From positions 107,312-171,311 of the forward strand of contig CAVYML010000004.1 of the NCBI GenBank assembly GCA_963769605.1: 64,000 nucleotides of DNA. Reading direction: 5' to 3'. A program made the position numbers and the translations under genes. Position 1 is the stretch's first letter. Every line of letters starts with the position of its first letter. The notes under the pieces are model-generated. The model saw nothing but the letters and a program-made list of their open reading frames with translations, was not told the origin of the DNA and did no database searches. The stretch comes from Ignavibacteriota bacterium (GTDB lineage Bacteria > Bacteroidota > Ignavibacteria > UBA10030). Positions 56,767 to 64,000 of the stretch are shown piece after piece.

Positions 56767-57995
56767 GAAATTTTGATAGAATTGCGATTTTTCAAGCATT
56801 TCATCCTTTACAAGTACATACATTGAATATGGCAATATCGTTATCTGAAGCTGGATATAATATTGATTTATTTTTATTTAAATGTGATTCAAAATATATA
56901 AAAGGAAAAGAACAAAATATACATATTTATGATTTTTCCGGACTATCGAAATCATGGAATACTAACGACCGATTATATCAAAAAATTTTAAGTGCAGCCA
57001 GATTTTTTTTTATTGAACCAATTTTTCTTTCAAAAAACAAGTTATTTCCTAAAAGATTGATAAAAAGATCAGAAGAAATTATTTCAGCGAATGAATATAA
57101 ATGCTTTATAGGTGTGGAAAAGATGGGATTAGTCTGGTCAGGAATATTAGCTATCGAATTTAATATTCCATTTCTTTACTATAGCTTGGAATTGTACGAT
57201 TTGGCATTTGCTTTTCATTTGAGGGGGAAATTACCCCTATTAAAGGCGATCAGATATATCCGGGAAAAATTGTTGGAGAGTAAATACCATCGCAAAGCAA
57301 CGGCGACAATAATCCAGGATGAAAACCGGGCTAAAGAAATAATGTGTTATAATAAAGTACCCTCGATGAAGAGTATCTACTTACCGGTCTCTCTACCTGG
57401 AAAGCCAATCTATAATAAATCTAATTTCTTAAGAGATAAGATGAGTATTCTAAATGACAAATTAATAATTCTTCAGTTTGGATTAATAGAAAAAAATCGT
57501 CTTGTTCTTGAAATTGCCAAAGAAGCACAGAATTTCCCCGATGATTGGATGTTGGTGTTCCATGGACCGATCATCGATTATAAGATTTTAAATGAAATAA
57601 AAAAAGTGGATAATAGAAAGAGAATTGTTATTTCAGAAATTTTGCTTCCGGTTGATAAGATAAATGAGTTAGTCAGTTCGGCGGATATTGGTTTTTGTTT
57701 TTATGGAAATAAGTCAGCTAACGATCTGCATGCTGGGTTTTCCTCTGAAAAATTAGCTCGATATCTTCAAAATGGAATTCCCATTGTAGCCTTTAATTAT
57801 CCTACATTTGAAGATTCTATTGGCAGGACGAATTCTGGAGTCTGCATATCGGATTTGTCACAATTAGCTGCCGCTATTAGGAAAATTCAAAATAATTATT
57901 TTGAATATCGCAGGAATGCATTTATTGCATTCTCAAGATATTTCGAATATTCCAATCAATTTCATAAAGTCCAAGAATATATTGAAGCTCTGTAA
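56763..57995 (+). CDS. Putative GT-B-fold glycosyltransferase (divergent)
   Basis: 410 aa. The C-terminal half has a GT-B-like FSSEKLARYLQNGIPIVA segment. Weak call. Confidence 0.4.
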   Translation: MRNFDRIAIFQAFHPLQVHTLNMAISLSEAGYNIDLFLFKCDSKYIKGKEQNIHIYDFSGLSKSWNTNDRLYQKILSAARFFFIEPIFLSKNKLFPKRLIKRSEEIISANEYKCFIGVEKMGLVWSGILAIEFNIPFLYYSLELYDLAFAFHLRGKLPLLKAIRYIREKLLESKYHRKATATIIQDENRAKEIMCYNKVPSMKSIYLPVSLPGKPIYNKSNFLRDKMSILNDKLIILQFGLIEKNRLVLEIAKEAQNFPDDWMLVFHGPIIDYKILNEIKKVDNRKRIVISEILLPVDKINELVSSADIGFCFYGNKSANDLHAGFSSEKLARYLQNGIPIVAFNYPTFEDSIGRTNSGVCISDLSQLAAAIRKIQNNYFEYRRNAFIAFSRYFEYSNQFHKVQEYIEAL

Positions 57996-58091
57996 TTATA
58001 TATACTTTAAAATTATTCTTAATTACCGCCATAATCTCATTCTAAACTCAGATCATTATCATAAAAAGCTTTAAAAGGAAGAGAAAATATA

Positions 58092-59162
58092 ATGTATTCT
58101 TTTTTGATTATCTCGAATATGTATCCTTCTAAAGAGCAACCAGAATTTGCCCCATTTATGAAAAATATTGAAGATGGATTGTCTAGTTGTGGTTTAAAAG
58201 TAGATAAAATTATTATTGAAGGAAGAGGAAAAACATCATTTTCAAAATTGAAAAAGTATATTTTATTTTATTATCAAATATTCAAATGTGATTTGACCAG
58301 ATATAATTTTATCCAAGTAAGTTATCCATCTCATTCATATTTACCATTATTTTTCAAATCGCTAAAACATTCTAAGTTATTAATAAGATTACATGGTGAA
58401 GATTTAATTCCTAGTGAACAGCAAGAATCATTAATGCTTAAATTTGGAAGGATGGTGTTTACAAGAATAAGCATTCTTAAGGCTGACCTAGTGATTGTTC
58501 CCTCTTTCTATTTTTTGGAAGTAATTAAAAATAAATATAATCCTAAAAATGTATATGTCTATCCAAGCGGTGGAGTTGATATAAAAAAATTCTATTCTAA
58601 AACAGTTCCTAAAAATATATTTACTATTGGATATGTTGGAAGATTAGCTCAAGGCAAGGGGGTAGATATTTTATTGAATGCTCTAAAATCTATTGCTTTT
58701 GATTTCAAAATGATAATAGTTGGAGCTGGACAGCAAGAAAGTCAGCTCAAAGAATTAGCCTCCAAATTAGGGATTATAAATCGAGTAGAATTCGTCGGCA
58801 GTGTCCGGAATGATTTATTGATTGATTATTATAATAAATTTGATATTTTTTGTTTCCCAACATTAAGAAAAGCCGAATCATTCGGTAATGTTGCCATCGA
58901 AGCGATGGCATGTAAAATTCCAGTCATTGGTTCTGAAATCAGCGGTCTAAAGGATTATATAAAAGAATCATACAATGGATATTTTTTTGAAGCAGGAAAT
59001 ATACTGATGCTAGCAGAAAAGTTAACGAAATATCATTCTTTGCCAGAAACTGTTAAGGAAGTAATGAAAAATAATGCTTATCAAACAGCTATGAAATATG
59101 AGCGTTCTTATTTGACGAATAATTTTGTGGATCATATAATTAAAATATTTCGAAATAGATAA
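58092..59162 (+). CDS. Family 4 (GT-B) glycosyltransferase
   Basis: GRLAQGKGVD..., ESFGNVAIEAMACKIPVIGSEISGLKDYI (E-x7-E region). Confidence 0.82.
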   Translation: MYSFLIISNMYPSKEQPEFAPFMKNIEDGLSSCGLKVDKIIIEGRGKTSFSKLKKYILFYYQIFKCDLTRYNFIQVSYPSHSYLPLFFKSLKHSKLLIRLHGEDLIPSEQQESLMLKFGRMVFTRISILKADLVIVPSFYFLEVIKNKYNPKNVYVYPSGGVDIKKFYSKTVPKNIFTIGYVGRLAQGKGVDILLNALKSIAFDFKMIIVGAGQQESQLKELASKLGIINRVEFVGSVRNDLLIDYYNKFDIFCFPTLRKAESFGNVAIEAMACKIPVIGSEISGLKDYIKESYNGYFFEAGNILMLAEKLTKYHSLPETVKEVMKNNAYQTAMKYERSYLTNNFVDHIIKIFRNR

Positions 59163-59264
59163 CTTAAAATCATGTAATTAGAATAATTAGCTTTACTTCA
59201 TAAACTTTGTGAGCGGTTAAATTATTTTTATATTTTTATATCATTTGGAAGGGAGATAACCGCA

Positions 59265-61292
59265 ATGATCACCACGTATAGATTAATCGTAATAATCAAT
59301 TTCGCGATGTATTCCATATTGACAGCTCAAGAAAATAGGGCATCAATTACGGTAGACTTTAATGACGTTCTGGGTAATGTTAATCCAATGATATTTGGTA
59401 ATAATGTTCTAGCATATCAAAAAGGAATGTTCCGTTCCGCCGCACCTGAATATTGGGATTGAGGAGCCGGAATTTGGGATCCTGATGCAAATTGTACAGT
59501 TCCGGAAATGGTAGCATTGGCTAAAATAGCTGGAATAAATGTAGTTCGTTATCCTGGTGCATTGAATTATTATGATTGGAAAAAAACAATAGGCCCCGTC
59601 TCGGAACGACCGAATCAAAAATTTGGATTACCTGAATTTCTACAATTTTGTTCTGAAATTAAGGCTATTCCTCTGATTACTATCCCAGCATTTTTTGGTA
59701 CTTCTCAGGATGCTGCTGATCTTGTGGAATATTTAGATGCTCCTGCTGATGAAAAACATCCATGGGCAATGCTTCGAATGAAAGATGGACATTCAAAACC
59801 TTGGAAAATCAAGTGGTTTGAATTTGGGAACGAAGTAGATCAGACTAAAGATATAAAAAGATTGCAATCGGATGAGTACGCTCAAAAGTATTTGGAATAT
59901 CAAAAACTTATGAAATCCGTCGATACTCTTATAAATTTAGGATTAATTGTGGAAACTAACTTTTCTGATCTTGAAGATTGGCTACATCCTGTTATTAGTA
60001 TTGTAGGGAAAAATGTCGATTTTGTGATACATCATTCATACATCCCTTCTTATAATAGAAATGATAATATTCCTGCTTCAGATGATCTTTTTAAAATCAG
60101 TCTGGCGAGTGAATCGCAAATACAATTTCATTATAACCAGATGAATGAAAAGCTTCTTAACTTGACAGGAAAACATATTCCAATTGCTGTTACGGAATAC
60201 AATGGTTTATTCGTGCAAGAAAAACCGATTCCTTATCGCCATACTTTGGGTAATGCACTTTTAAATGCTAAAATGATAAAAGTGTTTTTAGCTCCACAGA
60301 ATAATATTCTCATGGCAAATTCATGGGAATTTTTTAATGAGTATTGGGGTGCTATCAAAGGATATAAATATAAAAATGAGACTATTTTAAAACGGCCTTT
60401 ATTCTATATGTTTCAGTTATATCATGAACATCTCGGGAAGCAACTCATAAAAGCAAATGTGAAATGTGACTCATATGAGACAGATGGAGGCTATAATGTC
60501 ATGGCTGCAAAAGGTAATGGACAAGAATTTCGATTGTTGTCTGATTCAATTGAATTATCCACAAATTGGCATTTTTTGCCGGGCATAAATATTTCCCAGC
60601 GGATCGAAAATGACAATCTAATTGTTGAATTTACAGGAAAAGATGAAAACTATTATCATGCAGAAAAATTATTTAGGGCAGACGCTACATTTGGATATCG
60701 TGGATCAGCATGGATCAGAACAGAAGGATTGACTTCTGGACAAGGTGTCTGCATTGAACTTTTAGATGCAAGAGGATGGAATGCCACAAGATCGGCCAAT
60801 ACAAGTCGCGATCTTATTGGTACAAATGCTTGGCAGAAAGTACAAGTGGATTATATTCCATTAGCAGATACCAAAGAAATAATATTTCGCGCTAGGAGGA
60901 TCGGAGGAAGCGGACCAATTGAAGGATGGGCATATTTTCGCGACATTTCGGTGCAAAAATTTATTCCACAGATATTCCCATCAGTGCCTTATCTGTCAGT
61001 GAATGCAAGCCGTACTATTGTATCTGGAAAAGACAATATACTAAAAAAAGATATGGTATATTTGATGATTGTTAACTCAAATCTAACGACAACAATTTCG
61101 ACACAAATTAATCTAATAGGGTTAGTACCGAATAAAGCAAAAGCATGGTTTCTCAAAGGTCCGTCGGTGGATGCTACTAATGAAGAAAATTCGGACAATG
61201 TCAAGATTAGTGAGTATGATTATGGAAAGGTGAAGAATGGATTTACTGTGGAGTTTCCTCCTCATTCATTGACTACGTTGGAGATAGAATAA
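59265..61292 (+). pseudogene. Secreted clan GH-A-like glycoside hydrolase interrupted by a single in-frame TGA (59460-59462)
   Basis: ORFs 59265-59462 and 59508-61292 are in the same frame. Signal-peptide-like N-terminus, FGNN..., ...WFEFGNEVD (NE acid/base context), later VTEYN. Read-through gives EYWD*GAGIWDP. Confidence 0.65.
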
Positions 61293-61331
61293 TTATTGTT
61301 TTTAGAAATTTGATAAAATAGAAAGGGAAAA

Positions 61332-62462
61332 ATGGATCTATCAGTAATTTTGACTTATCGATGCGATTCGCGATGTTCTATGTGCTATATATGGAAGAAT
61401 CCGACTCATCCTGACTATGAAGTAGATATTAAAACGTTGGAAAAGCTTCCCGGCGGATTTGATTATTTGAATATTACCGGCGGTGAACCTACCTTGCGAA
61501 AAGATTTGATGGAAATATGCGAAGTCCTGAATCCTAAAACGAAGAAATTAGAAATCAGCACGAATGGCCTGCATATAGAAGTTCTTGAACCGATCGTCAA
61601 GAAATATCCTGATATAAAGATCCGAATCAGTATCGAAGGATTTGAACAAACGAATGATAAAATCCGCGGCGAAAAGGACGGGTATAAAAAGAAACTGGAT
61701 GCAATGAACCGGTTGGTTGCAGCCGGTGGCACCGATCTTGGTTTTGCGACAACCTTTCAAGATGAAAATATTGAAGAAGTTGTTGATCTGTACAGGTTGT
61801 CGAAGAAATTAAAAATCGAGTTTGCAACATCAGCTATACACAATGCTTTCCAATTTCATAAAAATGATAATTATATGTACGATCGTTTACGTGTTGCAAA
61901 AGGAGTTGAGAATATTATTTCCGATATGCTGAATGCATGGTCGGTAAAAGCCTGGTTTAGAGCGTATATGAATCTTGGATTGATTTCAAAAATACTTGGA
62001 CACGATAGGTTGCATCCGTGCACCCAGGGCACAGATAGTGTTTTTATTGACCCGTGGGCAGACGCTTATGCCTGCAATGTGAGGAATGATTTGTTGATGG
62101 GGAATCTGAGAGAACAATCCTGGGATGATATTTATAATGGAGAAGTTGCGAAAATAGTTCGTCAAAAAGTTGCTTCATGCCCACAAAACTGCTGGATGGT
62201 CTCTTCAGCAAAAACAGCAATACGAAACAAGCACTTTGCTCATTTGCCAAAGTTGAGCGTACTGCAATGGGTCGTTATTAACAAATTAAAGAATATTTTC
62301 GGAATGCCGATAGATTTTTCAAAGTATGTTGATTACAATAATATTCACTCTGATAATCAAGTTGCACAACGAAAATCTTATCTCAATGAGCCGGAGAAAA
62401 AAGTCCTTCAACCTGAAAAAAGCAGGCGCTATAAGCAAATCGGAGAATTCTTTAATAGATAA
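61332..62462 (+). CDS. Radical SAM enzyme with a C-terminal Cys-rich (SPASM/twitch-like) region
   Basis: CDSRCSMCYIW is the CxxxCxxC motif, with GGEPTL. C-terminal cysteines C..GTDS...YACNV...CPQNCW. Confidence 0.8.
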   Translation: MDLSVILTYRCDSRCSMCYIWKNPTHPDYEVDIKTLEKLPGGFDYLNITGGEPTLRKDLMEICEVLNPKTKKLEISTNGLHIEVLEPIVKKYPDIKIRISIEGFEQTNDKIRGEKDGYKKKLDAMNRLVAAGGTDLGFATTFQDENIEEVVDLYRLSKKLKIEFATSAIHNAFQFHKNDNYMYDRLRVAKGVENIISDMLNAWSVKAWFRAYMNLGLISKILGHDRLHPCTQGTDSVFIDPWADAYACNVRNDLLMGNLREQSWDDIYNGEVAKIVRQKVASCPQNCWMVSSAKTAIRNKHFAHLPKLSVLQWVVINKLKNIFGMPIDFSKYVDYNNIHSDNQVAQRKSYLNEPEKKVLQPEKSRRYKQIGEFFNR

Positions 62463-62494
62463 TATTAGAATATTGTTCAGTATATTTCATTCCT

Positions 62495-63604
62495 ATGAAA
62501 ATTGCTTTCCTTGGTATTAAAAAATTACCGGCAGTAGGAGGAGCGGATCGGGTCGTCGAAAAACTTCTTGAAAATTTCCCAGACGATCATGAATATATTG
62601 TCTATCTACGGCAGGATGCCTATAAGCAAATTCCACCTAAAAAGAATATAAGATATATCTATATTCCATCAGTGAAGGGAAAACATCTTGGTCCGTTTAT
62701 ATATTTTTTCCTGTGTTCACTGCACTGTCTGCTCTATGCTCGTTACGATCTAATCCACATCCACAATTCTGACTTCGGCTTTTTTTCTGTGATGATTCGA
62801 TTAAGGTACGGGGGAAAAATCATAGGTACATTCCACGGAAATCCTTATCAGCGGGGAAAATGGAATCGTTTTGCAAAAATATTTTTATTATTTTCAGAAT
62901 ATTGTTTTGTAACATGTTGTAATACATTAACATCCGTTTCAAAAAGAGACTCTGCTAATGGGAAAATTGTTCATTATATCCCAAATGGAACAATAAAATG
63001 TAATACGCTCGAACCAGATTTGTTTAATTATAAATCTCATGGAATCCAGAAAGGAGATTACTTCCTTTTTGCCTGCGGCCGTCTCGATTCAACTAAGGGA
63101 CTTCACCATCTTATTCCAGCATTTAAAGCAGGAAGATTCCAACAGAAGCTATTTATTATTGGTGATTTTACTCATGATCCAGGTTATTCGGCTTATATTG
63201 AAAACCAAGCGAACGGGAATTCGAACATACTTCTGTACGAAGAATTGGTATCGGAAAGATTGTTACGAGAGATTATGAAAAATTGTGCTTTATTTATTTT
63301 CCCGTCTGAAATTGAAGCAATGTCGATGATTCTTTTAGAAGCAATTGCCGCAGGTTGTACTGTTATTTGTTCAGATATTAAAGAGAATGTGGATATTGTT
63401 GGATCTGAATATCCATTGTTATTCAGTTCGAAGAATCCATCTCATCTTTATGAAAAAATTCAGATTGCACTTGATATGAAAGAGATGAAAAATCTTCCTG
63501 AAAAATTGTTAGAGAAAATATCAAGCAGGTTCGATTGGTCGGTCATAGCGGTGCAGTACTTTGATTTATATATGGAGACATTGCAAAAGAGTAAAGTATG
63601 GTGA
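62495..63604 (+). CDS. Family 4 (GT-B) glycosyltransferase
   Basis: MKIAFLGIKKLPAVGGADRVVE..., C-terminal FPSEIEAMSMILLEAIAAGCTVICSD. Confidence 0.8.
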   Translation: MKIAFLGIKKLPAVGGADRVVEKLLENFPDDHEYIVYLRQDAYKQIPPKKNIRYIYIPSVKGKHLGPFIYFFLCSLHCLLYARYDLIHIHNSDFGFFSVMIRLRYGGKIIGTFHGNPYQRGKWNRFAKIFLLFSEYCFVTCCNTLTSVSKRDSANGKIVHYIPNGTIKCNTLEPDLFNYKSHGIQKGDYFLFACGRLDSTKGLHHLIPAFKAGRFQQKLFIIGDFTHDPGYSAYIENQANGNSNILLYEELVSERLLREIMKNCALFIFPSEIEAMSMILLEAIAAGCTVICSDIKENVDIVGSEYPLLFSSKNPSHLYEKIQIALDMKEMKNLPEKLLEKISSRFDWSVIAVQYFDLYMETLQKSKVW

Positions 63605-63608
63605 TTGT

Positions 63609-64000
63609 GTGTGGAATAAAACAAATTTAAATAATGAATCTATTATTTTACCAGTTTTATTTTTAATAGTTTATTCTGTCACCTTGGCTCAAAGTACGGA
63701 TAATAAGGTCGGAGGTATTTGTTTCAGGGTTGATGATAATCATTTAATCTATCAATATGAACAATATATGTCGGTATTTGATAAATACGGCTATAAATCT
63801 GGATTCGCAATGAATCTTGGACTCGCTTTTTCAAATGACACCTTGCTTCAAATGATAAGAAATATGCAATTGAGGGGATATGAATTTATGGATCATACTC
63901 CAAATCATGCTACGCAATTCTTTACGACAAATGATACTTCTCAATATAGCGGTAAAAGGGGTGTTGACCATATCGCCGGTAATAAAGTATGTCTATCTTA
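63609..64000 (+). CDS. Partial ORF running off the window: secreted polysaccharide-deacetylase-like protein
   Basis: Not in the ORF track because it has no stop. My translation from GTG 63609: signal-like ILPVLFLIVYSVTLAQS, then GGICFRVDDNH...FAMNLG...FMDHTPNH. Confidence 0.4.
   Translation, partial: MWNKTNLNNESIILPVLFLIVYSVTLAQSTDNKVGGICFRVDDNHLIYQYEQYMSVFDKYGYKSGFAMNLGLAFSNDTLLQMIRNMQLRGYEFMDHTPNHATQFFTTNDTSQYSGKRGVDHIAGNKVCLS

Noticed and set aside
59460-59510. TGA at 59460 as selenocysteine, with ccggaa...ttccgg as a SECIS hairpin
   Set aside because: There is only a 6-bp stem with a large loop. A Sec residue is implausible in a secreted glycoside hydrolase. No sel genes are in view, and TGA terminates other genes here.
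1-64000. tRNA, rRNA, tmRNA or riboswitch elements
   Set aside because: I scanned the longer intergenic regions (8152-8410, 20753-21005, 29415-29730, 30620-31141, 33050-33389, 54903-55232). I saw no cloverleaf-compatible GTTCRANYC/T-loop context or familiar riboswitch cores. By eye this is not exhaustive.

Overview
This is a bacterial chromosomal window, probably from the Bacteroidota/Ignavibacteriota/Chlorobi (FCB) group. That lineage guess rests only on gene content (bshC, single-ORF IS types, Wza-SLBB exporter).

- **Bases 1-29,400:** a moderately GC-rich core. It holds nusA-infB-rbfA-truB-ribF-rpsO-pnp, aroA, bshC and a punA/tdk/cdd salvage group. It also holds a six-gene minus-strand envelope operon (three processive-type GT2 synthases, a NodB deacetylase, a UPF0104 membrane protein, a membrane PHP phosphoesterase), an M16 peptidase, an aminotransferase, nuoG-H-I and yifB/comM.
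- **Bases 29,400-36,000:** a same-strand, cassette-like array of six toxin-antitoxin-type modules. Five are built on nucleotidyltransferase folds. Each is separated by mosaic palindromic repeats.
- **Bases 36,000-64,000:** a visibly more AT-rich polysaccharide locus with wza, wzz, wzx, wzy, GTs, a pyruvyl transferase, an aminotransferase, a radical SAM enzyme and a GH. It is interrupted by IS66-family, IS1380-family and IS1-family elements and by an HTH-ImmA module with an unknown partner gene.

Two other signals stand out. Nearly every core intergenic region is filled with tandem heptamer arrays (GAACTAC, CAGTTCA, CCATTCA, TCATCCT), often as inverted arms. Five genes, including essential infB and nuoH, carry +1 frame disruptions. 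No rRNA, tRNA or CRISPR was seen.
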